DNA of 64,000 nt from an uncultured bacterium (lineage in GTDB: Bacteria > Oederibacteriota > JAAXVQ01 > JAUVAV01). The notes beneath the pieces are model-generated. The model had not been told where the DNA came from. It worked only from the letters and a program-made list of their open reading frames with translations, and searched no databases. This document shows, piece by piece, positions 48,257 to 58,140 of this stretch (its first letter is position 1; each line of letters begins with the position of its first letter). Both the position numbers and the translations under genes were made by a program. The DNA is taken from assembly GCA_963710755.1 (NCBI GenBank), contig CAVQBK010000001.1:224001-288000 (forward strand). Direction: 5' to 3'.

Positions 48257-50092
48257 ATGGAAACGGATTACCAGTGGCTCTTATCCACTCCTGCCGGAAA
48301 GAAATGGCAGCGTCTGGGAATGCACAAACGTGCAGGTGTGGTGGTGCCTTTGTTTTCCCTTTATTCGAATGAGAGTACGGGAATAGGGGAATTTCCTGAT
48401 CTTATCCAGTTGGTGGATTGGTGCCAAAAAACCGGACTTAGCATTATCCAATTGCTGCCCCTCAATGATACAGGCTTTAATTTCACACCCTATGATGCTC
48501 AAAGTATGTTTGCCTTAGATCCCATGTATTTGTCCCTGACACAGCTTAAGAACGTTGACCTGACGCCTTTCCGGGACCGTCTGAAGGCGCTTAAAGCCGA
48601 CTATCCCTGCGGGGGGCAACGGCTTAATTATGGCATCAAAGCAGCCAAACTGGCCCTGCTTTGGGAGATTTTCCAAACCTCCCGTCATCAGGAACAGGAA
48701 ACCTATCAGGATTTCAAGCGCACCAACGCCTATTGGCTGGATGATTATGGTGCTTTTAAAGTTTTAAAAGAAAAACATGATCAAAAGGACTGGTTACACT
48801 GGGACCAAGCCTTTCAGCATAAACTAACGGAACCCACCAAGGCTTATTTAAAAAGTCAGGAGCCATCCCTGGCTTTTCAAACCTGGTTGCAGTGGCAGGC
48901 TTTTGAACAAATGGCCGAAGTTAAGCATTACGCCACCGGGCAGGGTGTATATTTGATGGGGGATTTGCCTTTTTTAGTTTCCAAAGACAGTGCCGATGTC
49001 TGGGCCCATCAAGAACATTTCAAGTTGAATTTGGCGGCCGGCGCGCCGCCTGATCTTTATTTTGCCTCAGGGCAGCGTTGGGGTATGCCGCCCTATCACT
49101 GGGACCATATCGCTCACGACAACTATCGGTATTTACGGGAAAAATGCCGCTATGCGGGCTCCTTCTATGATCTTTTTCGCATCGACCATTTTGTGGGGTT
49201 ATTCCGGCTTTGGACCATCCCCAATGAAGTGCCTGATCACGAAGCTGCCCAACAAGGATATTTTGATCCTCCCGATGAGTCCCAATGGGAGGAGCATGGT
49301 AAAAAAATTCTGGAGGTTATGCTCGAGAGTACAGACATGCTTCCCTGCGCTGAGGACCTGGGCGTGGTACCGGACTGTTCCTTTAAAGTCATCAAAGCTT
49401 ACGGCATTGTGGGTACGGAAGTACAACGCTGGATGCGTTTATGGCGTACCAATTGTGATTTCAAAGGACCTGAAGCCTATCGGCCCAATAGTATTGCCGC
49501 CATCTCCACCCATGACATTCCCATTCTGCAAGATTGGTGGGAAAATGAATTGGGTACAGTCGATGAATTGGCCTTTCGTAAAAAATGTGAAGGCCGCGGG
49601 TTTGACGTCAGCTGGCTTATAGGGCAGTTGTTCTATTCTGAAAAAAGCGCCTCCGGCCGGCTGCGCTGGCGCAACGAGATTGACAGCCAGGATACCCTTC
49701 TGGGCATTCTCTATCGCCGGTCTGAGGAAGTCAGAGATTTTTTGGAACTCTTCAATTGCAGCCGTTATGAAATGGATAAATTTCTCGCTTTTCTAGGGAC
49801 CGATCAGAACAAGGGGAAAGAGTTCACACCGGCGTTAGCCCGACAAATCTTGGAAAAAACCAATGAGACCGCTTCTATTTTCAGCCTGCAGATGCTCCAG
49901 GATTGGCTAAGTGTCAGTCCATTACTCCAAAACAGCGATCCCATGATGCTGCGTATCAATGTCCCGGGCACGGTCCAGGATGGCAACTGGACCTTGGTCA
50001 TGCCTTTTTCTCTGGAGCAATTGAACCGTGATGCCCAAGGCATAGCCTTGATCCAAGATATTAACCAAAGCACAGGACGGTTGCGCAGTTAG
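48257..50092 (+). CDS. malQ: 4-alpha-glucanotransferase (GH77)
   Basis: GIGEF.DL, QLLPLND, GDLP, GAPPD, GQRWGMP, RIDH, AEDLG, STHD, RINVPGT. Confidence 0.93.
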   Translation: METDYQWLLSTPAGKKWQRLGMHKRAGVVVPLFSLYSNESTGIGEFPDLIQLVDWCQKTGLSIIQLLPLNDTGFNFTPYDAQSMFALDPMYLSLTQLKNVDLTPFRDRLKALKADYPCGGQRLNYGIKAAKLALLWEIFQTSRHQEQETYQDFKRTNAYWLDDYGAFKVLKEKHDQKDWLHWDQAFQHKLTEPTKAYLKSQEPSLAFQTWLQWQAFEQMAEVKHYATGQGVYLMGDLPFLVSKDSADVWAHQEHFKLNLAAGAPPDLYFASGQRWGMPPYHWDHIAHDNYRYLREKCRYAGSFYDLFRIDHFVGLFRLWTIPNEVPDHEAAQQGYFDPPDESQWEEHGKKILEVMLESTDMLPCAEDLGVVPDCSFKVIKAYGIVGTEVQRWMRLWRTNCDFKGPEAYRPNSIAAISTHDIPILQDWWENELGTVDELAFRKKCEGRGFDVSWLIGQLFYSEKSASGRLRWRNEIDSQDTLLGILYRRSEEVRDFLELFNCSRYEMDKFLAFLGTDQNKGKEFTPALARQILEKTNETASIFSLQMLQDWLSVSPLLQNSDPMMLRINVPGTVQDGNWTLVMPFSLEQLNRDAQGIALIQDINQSTGRLRS

Positions 50093-50158
50093 GCTGCGAA
50101 TGGGCCTGATGATCCATAACCGGCAGGCCAGTCTCAAAAGCTGGCATTTCAAAGCGTC

Positions 50159-51229
50159 ATGGAGGTTTTTTTGAAGGTGAGGATGCACGTGCTGACCATC
50201 GCTGGGTGCCTGGGTGGTCTTCTGTTTCAGAGTCTATGTTGGCCATCGGGCAGGGTATGCGCAGCCGAACCTAAAGGCCGGACAGCTGCCGATCTTGAAG
50301 ATCCTTATGATTGGCACAAGGATTACCTAAATGCAGAGCCTGCCGGGGACAAGAAGACGGCTGTTCCGGCAGAGACACCCACGGCAACGACGCCCACGCC
50401 TGAAGTCTCCCCGCCGGCAGCAAGTGGAAATGATTTATTCTACCAGCGCTATTTCCGCAAAGGCAAAAAAGCCGAGGATCCCGAGGTACTTCAGAAAGAG
50501 CGTCAACGTCAAGAATTGAGGGATTTAAAACGCTATCAATCCCTTCATGCCAGGCAGCCCCGGCGGCCGGTGCTCTCGAAAAGGGAACAAAAAATTGTAA
50601 AGCTGATAGAACAATTGGGTTTGGATCAGCGCCAACAAGAAGCGGCGATAGAACAATTGGTAATGATCGGTGAAGGTGCTGTGCCACGGCTAAAGCAGGC
50701 CCTGCATCATAAGGACAAATTGGTTCGCGTTGGTGCCTTGCGTGTGCTTAGGCAATTGTTTGACGATTCGACCTTGCCGGAAATCGAGGCAGCCTTGAAA
50801 GATAAGGCCCCGGAAGTCCGCATGGAGGCCGCTGCTACCCTGGGGCGGTTCCGTCATCACCAAGCCGCCCCTATGCTCGTCCCCTTATTGCATGATCCCA
50901 AACAACGCGTACGGCGTGAAGCTGTACTGGCTTTGGGTCGTTTGAAACGCTCGGAGGTTGCTGCCGGCGCTCTGATTCAGACTTTGGAGAACAATGTGCC
51001 TGCCATCAAGGTTGAAGCGGCAGAGGCGCTTTCCAATTTCACCAGCCAGGATGTGGTTGATGCACTGACTCGGGCCACTTATGCAGCAGACCAGGATCTG
51101 GTGGCCTATGCGGTGCGGTCCTTGGGCATAATTGCAGATCCGCAGAGTAAAAGCAGGCTGGCCCATCTGGCCAAAAATAAAAATAATTTTATTGCTCAAG
51201 AAGCCCGGGAGGCCCTACATCATTATTAA
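50159..51229 (+). CDS. Exported HEAT-repeat (PBS-lyase-like) protein
   Basis: Signal-like N-terminus, low-complexity linker, repeats such as VRMEAAATLG and VRREAVLALG; start uncertain. Confidence 0.82.
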   Translation: MEVFLKVRMHVLTIAGCLGGLLFQSLCWPSGRVCAAEPKGRTAADLEDPYDWHKDYLNAEPAGDKKTAVPAETPTATTPTPEVSPPAASGNDLFYQRYFRKGKKAEDPEVLQKERQRQELRDLKRYQSLHARQPRRPVLSKREQKIVKLIEQLGLDQRQQEAAIEQLVMIGEGAVPRLKQALHHKDKLVRVGALRVLRQLFDDSTLPEIEAALKDKAPEVRMEAAATLGRFRHHQAAPMLVPLLHDPKQRVRREAVLALGRLKRSEVAAGALIQTLENNVPAIKVEAAEALSNFTSQDVVDALTRATYAADQDLVAYAVRSLGIIADPQSKSRLAHLAKNKNNFIAQEAREALHHY

Positions 51230-51235
51230 ATCACC

Positions 51236-51271
51236 GTGAGTAGAGGCACGGCGAGCCGTGCCTCTACTCAC
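51236..51271. repeat. GTAG-type REP-like palindrome
   Basis: gtgagtagaggcacggc-ga-gccgtgcctctactcac, perfect 17-bp arms. Confidence 0.75.
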
Positions 51272-51291
51272 ACAGCAAACCGGTAATGCCG

Positions 51292-51471
51292 GTTGCGGAA
51301 AGAAAATTTATTCAAAGCTTTTTGATCATCACCCGGCATGGCTTTAGCAGGAGTCCGAAGATTTTTGATTTTCACCTTATAAAGTCCCTGGATGACGGCT
51401 AATAGCTTGCCGGAATAACGATAATGAAAAAACTTTGTATCTTTAAAAAATAAACTATTTCTTTTCGCAAT
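51292..51471. mobile_element. MITE-like element, copy 2 (inverted relative to copy 1)
   Basis: TIRs ttgcggaaagaaa / tttcttttcgcaa (12/13); interior 51327-51420 is a diverged reverse complement of 16689-16772. Confidence 0.6.
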
Positions 51472-51502
51472 AAATTAATTACCAGAAAAGGAAAGGACCC
51501 TT

Positions 51503-51907
51503 ATGTCACCCAAAACCAAAACCACCGTACCTGCTTTAAATTGCGCCACCTGCCAAGGTCAATGCTGCAAGTATTTTGCCCTGCAAATTGACACGCCCAC
51601 TACTCCCGAAGAATTTGATCATTTGCGTTGGTATATAGCCCATCAACAGGTGGCGTTATTTATCGAAAATGATGATTGGTATCTACAGGTCAACAATCCC
51701 TGCAGGCATTTGACCAGTTCCTATACCTGCGGCATCTACGACCAACGACCCCAAATATGCCGCGATTATGGTTGGGATCCAAAAGGGGAAGTGCAATGTC
51801 ACGAAACCGAACGTCCCTGTGACCATGATTATTTTTTCTCAAACTTGGAGGAGTTGGAGGCCTATCTGAAAAAAAAGAAACTCAAATGGGCCAGCCAAAA
51901 AGGTTAA
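51503..51907 (+). CDS. YkgJ-family cysteine-cluster (Zn/Fe-chelating) protein
   Basis: CATCQGQCC, PCRHL, CGIYDQRPQICRDY. Confidence 0.9.
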   Translation: MSPKTKTTVPALNCATCQGQCCKYFALQIDTPTTPEEFDHLRWYIAHQQVALFIENDDWYLQVNNPCRHLTSSYTCGIYDQRPQICRDYGWDPKGEVQCHETERPCDHDYFFSNLEELEAYLKKKKLKWASQKG

Positions 51908-51914
51908 GAGCAGA

Positions 51915-53066
51915 ATGAATTCCTCCCGCATGTCGGAGCCCAAAACTGAAGTGATCGACAGGCCGGAACAATGGGCGGCATTGGAACGGCGGTTGCACCA
52001 GGTCCGTTTGTTGTCTGTTGATTTGGAAAGCAATGGCTTTCATTGTTATCCTGAAAAAATATGTCTGATTCAATTGGGCACTACTCGTCATATTGCCCTG
52101 GTCGACACCATTGCCTTGCCTCGTTTGGACGGCCTTTCGGCCATCTTGGAGGACAGAGCCATCACCAAGATATTTCATTCTTGTGACAATGATGTGCGTG
52201 CACTCCAGCGCGATTTTAATATCCGGGTGCAAAATGTTTTCGATACCGCCCTGGCTGCCAAGCTGGCGGGATCCACCCATTTGGGGTTGGCCAATGTCTT
52301 GAAAGAATTTTTAGACGTCGAACTCGACAAAAACAAAAAAATTCAACGTCAGGACTGGTCCCGTCGCCCGTTGGACGAGGTCTCTTTAGCTTATGCCGCA
52401 GCTGATGTTTATTATTTGCCCACACTAAAGCGGATTTTGGAACGGCAATTGATTCACCTGGGCCGTTTGACTTGGTTTCATGAAGAGAGCCGTTGGCTGG
52501 AAAAAATCAATTATCAACCACCAGCTCCGCCGGAAGAATTGTTTTGGCAGATCAAAGGAGTCCGTACCCTAACCGGCCGTCAGCTTCGTTTATTACAATC
52601 CCTGTGCTTGTTCCGTGACCAACTGGCTCGTGAATGGAACCGCCCGCCTTATCGTGTTCTTTCCGATGAAACCTTGGTGCAAATCGTCCAGGATCCCCAC
52701 AAGCCTTTGCATGAAATCCGTGGATTAACCATGATTCTGCGTCATAAAAAAACAAAAGCTTTTCAGGAGGCCATCAGGCAAGGACTGCAGGGTAAACCCA
52801 TTAATCCTAAAAGCCGGCCTGCTTCCGGCCGGAGTCGTAAAGGCAATATAAACAAACACCTGTTGCAGCGTCTAAAACAATGGCGTGAGAGAGAGGCCTT
52901 GAAATTGAAGGTGGATCCCGCTATTATATGGCCCATGCAGGCATTGGAAAGCTTGGCTCAGAAACCCCTTCTTATCCAACACATGGAGCGCCTGCCCGAG
53001 GTGCGCCAATGGCAGAAGAAACTTTTCCAACGATCCCTACAGGACCTGCTGGCCCAGCCGGACTAA
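51915..53066 (+). CDS. rnd: Ribonuclease D (DEDDy 3'-5' exonuclease plus HRDC)
   Basis: VDLES, CLIQL, KIFH, FDT, DWSRRPL, YAAADV, two HRDC-like segments. Confidence 0.88.
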   Translation: MNSSRMSEPKTEVIDRPEQWAALERRLHQVRLLSVDLESNGFHCYPEKICLIQLGTTRHIALVDTIALPRLDGLSAILEDRAITKIFHSCDNDVRALQRDFNIRVQNVFDTALAAKLAGSTHLGLANVLKEFLDVELDKNKKIQRQDWSRRPLDEVSLAYAAADVYYLPTLKRILERQLIHLGRLTWFHEESRWLEKINYQPPAPPEELFWQIKGVRTLTGRQLRLLQSLCLFRDQLAREWNRPPYRVLSDETLVQIVQDPHKPLHEIRGLTMILRHKKTKAFQEAIRQGLQGKPINPKSRPASGRSRKGNINKHLLQRLKQWREREALKLKVDPAIIWPMQALESLAQKPLLIQHMERLPEVRQWQKKLFQRSLQDLLAQPD

Positions 53067-53083
53067 TAAAGGGGAGGTTTAAC

Positions 53084-53671
53084 ATGAGGACCGGACGTTT
53101 GATGGTCACAACCTTAACCCTTTTGGTTCTTTTTCTAACCTTCGCCCACCACCTTCAGGCCCGCGTCTGGAGTAATCAATCCCTTCGGACCTATCTGCAT
53201 CAGGTAAACCGGGAGGCTTGCCTGCTGGTTACCCATATCGAGGCCTCTCAAAATGGGCATGCTTTGATGTTTTACGATCAAACCGGCCGGGAAGAAAAAC
53301 GCGCTCAGTTGCAGGAACGGCCCATTCTAAAACCTGCCTCGCCGGCGGGCCCCTTTGTGGTCAGATCTACTTATGTGCTGTTGGTGGACAAGTCCCAGGT
53401 GTTGACCTTGCATCTTGGCCTGGATAAAATAATCCTGGCCGCGGATAGCCGACTCAGCCGTCAGCCGTTGTCGCAGATGGTACTTATGATCACGCCAGCG
53501 GAAAAGGAAGAACGCCTGCTGCAAGCAGAAGGTCAAGAATTCAAGTTAACGCTCGATGATCTTCGCTTTTGCAAGCGTATCATCCTGGAAGCCAGAGAAC
53601 CGCAAGAACGTCACCAGTTGGTGTTCAAGTTGATGGACAAGAACAAATCCTTTACCTTAGAAAAGGAGTAA
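53084..53671 (+). CDS. Hypothetical exported protein
   Basis: ATG 53084 behind SD GGGGAGG; signal peptide ending LQA. Confidence 0.7.
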   Translation: MRTGRLMVTTLTLLVLFLTFAHHLQARVWSNQSLRTYLHQVNREACLLVTHIEASQNGHALMFYDQTGREEKRAQLQERPILKPASPAGPFVVRSTYVLLVDKSQVLTLHLGLDKIILAADSRLSRQPLSQMVLMITPAEKEERLLQAEGQEFKLTLDDLRFCKRIILEAREPQERHQLVFKLMDKNKSFTLEKE

Positions 53672-53673
53672 TT

Positions 53674-54612
53674 ATGGGCATTATTGGCGATTATTTTTCC
53701 AAATACAGTGGGATTTTTGTAGATTTTTTATTTTCATCGGGGCCAAAAATCGTGGCTGTGCTCTTAATTTTTATGGTGCTCAATTTCATTTTAAAGTATC
53801 TCCTGAAAGTTTTGGAGATGTTCGTCACCAACAAGATGTTCAAGCAAATAATGGAAGAAACCGAAGAAGAATTGGAAAAACGTGTTCGCACCATGCTGAA
53901 CATTCTAAGAAAGTCCGCCTATACCATCTTATGGGGCGCAGCCTTCATGGTCCTTCTTTCCCAGTTGGGGATCAATATCGGCCCAATTTTAGCCACCGCC
54001 GGAGTCCTGGGCCTGGCCGTCAGCTTTGGTGCCCAGAGTCTGGTCAAAGATCTAATCAACGGTTTATTTATTATATTCGAAAACCAGATTCGCATCGGCG
54101 ATGTGGCGGTGATCAACGGCACCGGGGGATTGGTGGAAGCCATTAACCTGCGCACAGTTATACTCCGTGATTTAGCCGGTGTGGTTCACATTTTTCCCAA
54201 CGGCTCCATCAACTCCATTTCCAATATGACCTATGGCTGGTCGGCCTATGTGTTTGATATCGGCGTGGCCTACAAGGAAGATGTGGATCATGTGTCCCAG
54301 GTTATGGTTGAGGTGCTGGAAGGTATGCGTCAGGATGATAAATATAAGGACTTGATCCTGGCGGAAATGGAGCTGTTTGGTGTCGATGATTTTGGCGATT
54401 CAGCGGTAGTGATCAAAGCCAGAGTAAAAACCAAACCCATCAAACAATGGGAAGTGGCTAGAGAATATCGTCGCCGGTTAAAAAAGGTTTTTGATGAAAA
54501 AGGTATCGAGATTCCTTTCCCGCACCGCAGTATTTATTTCGGTGAGGTGAGCCAAGCCTTTAAGGTGATGCTGGAGCAGGCCAAAGGCGAGGATCTCAAA
54601 ACCAAATCTTGA
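53674..54612 (+). CDS. mscS: Small-conductance mechanosensitive channel (MscS/YbiO-like)
   Basis: AGVLGLAVSFGAQSLVKD, IRIGD, GLVEAINLR, PNG, GIEIPFP; ATG 53674 behind AAGGAG. Confidence 0.9.
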   Translation: MGIIGDYFSKYSGIFVDFLFSSGPKIVAVLLIFMVLNFILKYLLKVLEMFVTNKMFKQIMEETEEELEKRVRTMLNILRKSAYTILWGAAFMVLLSQLGINIGPILATAGVLGLAVSFGAQSLVKDLINGLFIIFENQIRIGDVAVINGTGGLVEAINLRTVILRDLAGVVHIFPNGSINSISNMTYGWSAYVFDIGVAYKEDVDHVSQVMVEVLEGMRQDDKYKDLILAEMELFGVDDFGDSAVVIKARVKTKPIKQWEVAREYRRRLKKVFDEKGIEIPFPHRSIYFGEVSQAFKVMLEQAKGEDLKTKS

Positions 54613-54637
54613 AGGACAAGGCAATAGTTTATCGCCA

Positions 54638-54666
54638 TTGACTTGCCCTAAAGGGAATGCTAGAGT
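54638..54666 (+). promoter_or_regulatory. Sigma70-type promoter for the glutaredoxin operon
   Basis: TTGACT-N17-TAGAGT with extended TG. Confidence 0.55.
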
Positions 54667-54701
54667 AGGAAAGTTGTTAACTCGCCAGGAGGCTTGAGGC
54701 C

Positions 54702-54959
54702 ATGAAAAAAATCAAGTTTTTTTCTTTATCAACGTGCATCTGGTGCCGCAAAACCAAGCAACATCTGGATGAATTCGGCGTAGAATACGAGCAAGTGGTT
54801 ATGGATAAATTGGAAGGGGACGACAAGACGGCCGCCATGGAAGAACTGGCCAAATACAATCCCAAAAAGAGTTTTCCCACCCTGGTTTTCGGTGAAAACA
54901 ACATTGTGGTGGGCTTCAAACCCGAAGAAATCAGGGCGGCGTTGAACAAAAAGGAGTAA
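54702..54959 (+). CDS. Glutaredoxin / NrdH-like redoxin
   Basis: LSTCIWCRKTK, SFPTLV, VGF. Confidence 0.9.
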   Translation: MKKIKFFSLSTCIWCRKTKQHLDEFGVEYEQVVMDKLEGDDKTAAMEELAKYNPKKSFPTLVFGENNIVVGFKPEEIRAALNKKE

Positions 54960-54964
54960 CGATT

Positions 54965-55408
54965 ATGACCTTGCGAGAAAAGGTGGATCAATTAAAATCC
55001 AAAGTGGAAAAACGGGGTTATTACCTCAATCCCGATCTAACCATGACCGATGCCTTGGTCGAATCTTTGTTGGTCAATGAAGAGCGGTACGGCTACCCCT
55101 TTTGTCCCTGCCGGCTGGCGACGGGTGATTATGCCCAGGATGTGGATTTAATTTGTCCCTGTGACTATCGCGACCAGGACATCAATGAATATGGAACCTG
55201 TTTTTGCGGATTATATGTCAGCCAAGAGGTGGTTATGGGTAAACAACAAGTGGAACCAATCCCGGAAAGGCGGGAAACCCCGCCCAGTGAGCTGAAAACC
55301 TGGCGTTGCAAGGTTTGCGGTTATATCAGTGTTCGGCCGCATGCACCCAATATCTGTCCCATCTGCGGGGTAAGCCACGACCGCTTTGAAGAATACGACC
55401 TTTGTTAA
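54965..55408 (+). CDS. Ferredoxin:thioredoxin reductase catalytic-subunit homolog with C-terminal rubredoxin-like domain
   Basis: CPCR, CPC, CFC motifs; C-terminal WRCKVCGY...CPICG. Confidence 0.9.
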   Translation: MTLREKVDQLKSKVEKRGYYLNPDLTMTDALVESLLVNEERYGYPFCPCRLATGDYAQDVDLICPCDYRDQDINEYGTCFCGLYVSQEVVMGKQQVEPIPERRETPPSELKTWRCKVCGYISVRPHAPNICPICGVSHDRFEEYDLC

Positions 55409-55439
55409 AGATTTTTAAAGGGAAGACGAGGATAGTATT

Positions 55440-55775
55440 ATGAAGCCGTTTATTGCTGTAATCTTGATGGGGATGGGTGCCTCCATGCTTAACGGATGTG
55501 TGACTTTAGGTCATCCTATTCCCGCCCAGGTGGCGCCGTCTATTGTTATCGGCCAAACCACGCGAGCAGAGATTGAAACCCAGTTAGGGCCTCCCTATCG
55601 CGTGGGCCTGGATTCGGGCAATCCTTCGGTAACCTATCTCTATTATCGCCTTGGCCTGTTCATCCATCCCGTCACCACTGATTTGACCATCGTGTTCAAT
55701 GCCAAAGGCATAGTTCAATCCTATGATTACAACACCAATCAAACCAGCGCTGCCAGTAACGATGAGCAAAAATAA
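55440..55775 (+). CDS. SmpA/BamE-like lipoprotein
   Basis: Lipobox LNGC; IVIGQTTRAEIETQLGPP. Confidence 0.7.
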   Translation: MKPFIAVILMGMGASMLNGCVTLGHPIPAQVAPSIVIGQTTRAEIETQLGPPYRVGLDSGNPSVTYLYYRLGLFIHPVTTDLTIVFNAKGIVQSYDYNTNQTSAASNDEQK

Positions 55776-55876
55776 GACCAGCCGGTTCCTCCTATTACCG
55801 CAATTGTGGCGCTCTAGCTATGCTCTTTCTCTTTGTGCCCAGGAGGCCGGTCCACCTCCATGCCGAGCCTGATAAA

Positions 55877-56647
55877 ATGGCCAAGACTTTATACCCTGTA
55901 AAACATCTGCTTTGTACGCTGCCCGTACTGTTAATCCTGGCTTTCTGGCTGCCCGCTTCGGCCTCGGCTAAACTGGAAAAACCGACACTTACGGTAGAAG
56001 ATTTTTTTCGTTTTATCCGGGGCAAGCATTATGAGGAAGCCGCCGACCTCTTAAGCCGGTCTGACCAAAATAATTTTAAAACCATGGTCGTAAAATTAAA
56101 AGCCAGTGGTCAGAATGAAGCTGCAGCCAGCTACAGCCTGGGCGGGTTGATCAAGGATCAATTTTTTCTCATGCATGGCCGGGACAATGCTAAAATGGCC
56201 AAAAAATCAGGTGATGGTGAAGTTATCCTGCCCGATAAAGTTGGATTTTTCGTGCCGGGGCAATACTATATCGTGGGAAATTATGCCGTGGTGTTTACCC
56301 GCGAAACCTATGACTTACCGGAAGAGAAAACGGGTCCGGTACGTGATGACCCTCGGAAGCTCTGGGTTGATCCTACCAATGATTTATCCAAAATCCGTGA
56401 TGAAGCCTATTTCAAGCAATGGTGGGTATGGGAGAACAATTATCTCACCATGCCGGGCGTGATATGGCTGGTCAAGGAACGCCGGGAATGGCGTATTGAC
56501 CTTTTCTCCGGCGCGGTTCCCAAGTCAGCTTTTCGGGGGGTTTTGAAATGGCATTTCGGCCGGGATATTTTCGAGGATATGAGTGCGTCTAAAAAACCCA
56601 ATCAGACTAAATCCCAACCTGCAAAACCATCGTCGTCCAATCCTTAA
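55877..56647 (+). CDS. Hypothetical exported protein
   Basis: Signal peptide ending ASA; start uncertain (ORF track 55820). Confidence 0.7.
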   Translation: MAKTLYPVKHLLCTLPVLLILAFWLPASASAKLEKPTLTVEDFFRFIRGKHYEEAADLLSRSDQNNFKTMVVKLKASGQNEAAASYSLGGLIKDQFFLMHGRDNAKMAKKSGDGEVILPDKVGFFVPGQYYIVGNYAVVFTRETYDLPEEKTGPVRDDPRKLWVDPTNDLSKIRDEAYFKQWWVWENNYLTMPGVIWLVKERREWRIDLFSGAVPKSAFRGVLKWHFGRDIFEDMSASKKPNQTKSQPAKPSSSNP

Positions 56648-56660
56648 TCATTTCAACAGC

Positions 56661-57428
56661 CTAATCTGCAGAAACAGCCTGGCCCTCATAAGGTATGACC
56701 ATTTTGGTTGAAGCGGCGGAAAAAGTGAAATCGATTTGCGGCAAAACTTGTTGGACCGAAGGAATACGGCTGCGTTTCTCTGCGATCAATCGCACTGACC
56801 TGGTCTGTTGCGGGGGAATGACAAGCGGTGCTTTAATATTGCGAACAACATAATCAAATCGATCAAATTCAACGTGTCCCAAAATTCGTGACAAGATCAG
56901 GGGATAGGCATTTGAATTTGAAAAGTTGATCTCCTGGGCCAGCTTATCCTTGCTTTTGTTAATCATCAATTGGCCCGCTGTCATGGCCGGGGCCGCCGGC
57001 ATTTCCAGCGTGGTTTCATAATCAAGTTCCAGCGGCTCTTGAAATTCCTTGTTCTGTGTAAGAACCCAAGCCTGGCAATGAATTTCCAGCGGACCATGTT
57101 GTCCGTTCAGCATAGCACGTTTTATTTTCACTGGCAGATCCACTTGTTTAACATCAAAGCTAAGAACATCCGGTAACTGTTCATAAGCTCTGGTCACCTT
57201 CAGCTTTTGATTAATCTCAACCATTAATTTCACTTTTTTAATCGTCAAGGTCAGGGGATTATTGTTTTTTAATTTAAGTTGACCTTGAAAAAAGAGGCTG
57301 TCTGGTGTTATGCTGGTAAGCTGGAAATCGGACATTATGCTTTTGGGCGGGTTAATAACCCTCAAACCGGAACAGGCGCTCAGGAGCACAAGACCTACTA
57401 ACCAAGTTGGCATTAATTTCATCATCAA
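56661..57428 (-). CDS. Lipoprotein with LEA_2/WHy-like domains
   Basis: Lipobox LSAC; NNNPLTL and NSNAYPL motifs. Confidence 0.6.
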   Translation of the reverse strand: MMMKLMPTWLVGLVLLSACSGLRVINPPKSIMSDFQLTSITPDSLFFQGQLKLKNNNPLTLTIKKVKLMVEINQKLKVTRAYEQLPDVLSFDVKQVDLPVKIKRAMLNGQHGPLEIHCQAWVLTQNKEFQEPLELDYETTLEMPAAPAMTAGQLMINKSKDKLAQEINFSNSNAYPLILSRILGHVEFDRFDYVVRNIKAPLVIPPQQTRSVRLIAEKRSRIPSVQQVLPQIDFTFSAASTKMVIPYEGQAVSAD

Positions 57429-57511
57429 CTATCTCCAAAAGGGTTGCGGAATAATATAGTTTTATCAAATCACAAGCGCGGTTGGCAAGCAGATAAAATT
57501 ATTTGAATGAA

Positions 57512-57537
57512 GAACCCTTAGAATAAAGCGGGGTCAA
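57512..57537 (+). promoter_or_regulatory. ECF-sigma-type promoter, probably autoregulatory and leaderless
   Basis: GAACC-N16-GTCAA ending 4 nt before the sigma ATG; no SD present. Confidence 0.55.
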
Positions 57538-57541
57538 TGCA

Positions 57542-58138
57542 ATGCAAACGAAGACAAGAAAAGACCATGAATTTGTCGAAGCTGCCAAAAAGGGCGATGT
57601 CAAGGCTTTTGAGATGCTGGTTAAGTTGAACAGCAGTTATATTTATAATTTAGCCTATAATCTAAGTGCTGGCAATCAAGCCGAAGCTGATGATTTGGCG
57701 CAGGCGACATTTATTAGAGCCTTTAGGGGTATAAAGAATTTTGAAGGACGTTCCGAATTTAAGACATGGCTTCACCGGATCACAGTAAATCTGTGGAAAA
57801 ATACGGTGAGGAGCCAAAAAAGAAGAAAGTATTTCCAGCACCAGAGCATAAATGAAGCTCCCAAGGACGAGAGTGACGGACCGCAGCTGGTTATTAAAGA
57901 AAAAGGTCTGGATCCGATGGAAAAGACAGCGCAGAGTGAGACTTCTGTGATTGTCCGAAAGGCTATAGATAATTTACCGCCCGATGAGCGTGAGGTCATT
58001 GTACTAAGAGACTTGGAGGGGTATGCTTATGATGAAATAGCCACGATATGTGCTATTCCTCTGGGCACGGTAAAATCACGTTTGTCACGGGCAAGAAAAC
58101 TTTTAAAAATAGCTTTGGAACCGATATTAAGGAGTTAG
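57542..58138 (+). CDS. ECF RNA polymerase sigma factor (RpoE/SigW-like)
   Basis: ADDLAQATF, FKTWLHRI, LRDLEGYAYDEIA, GTVKSRLSRAR. Confidence 0.95.
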   Translation: MQTKTRKDHEFVEAAKKGDVKAFEMLVKLNSSYIYNLAYNLSAGNQAEADDLAQATFIRAFRGIKNFEGRSEFKTWLHRITVNLWKNTVRSQKRRKYFQHQSINEAPKDESDGPQLVIKEKGLDPMEKTAQSETSVIVRKAIDNLPPDEREVIVLRDLEGYAYDEIATICAIPLGTVKSRLSRARKLLKIALEPILRS

Positions 58139-58140
58139 TC

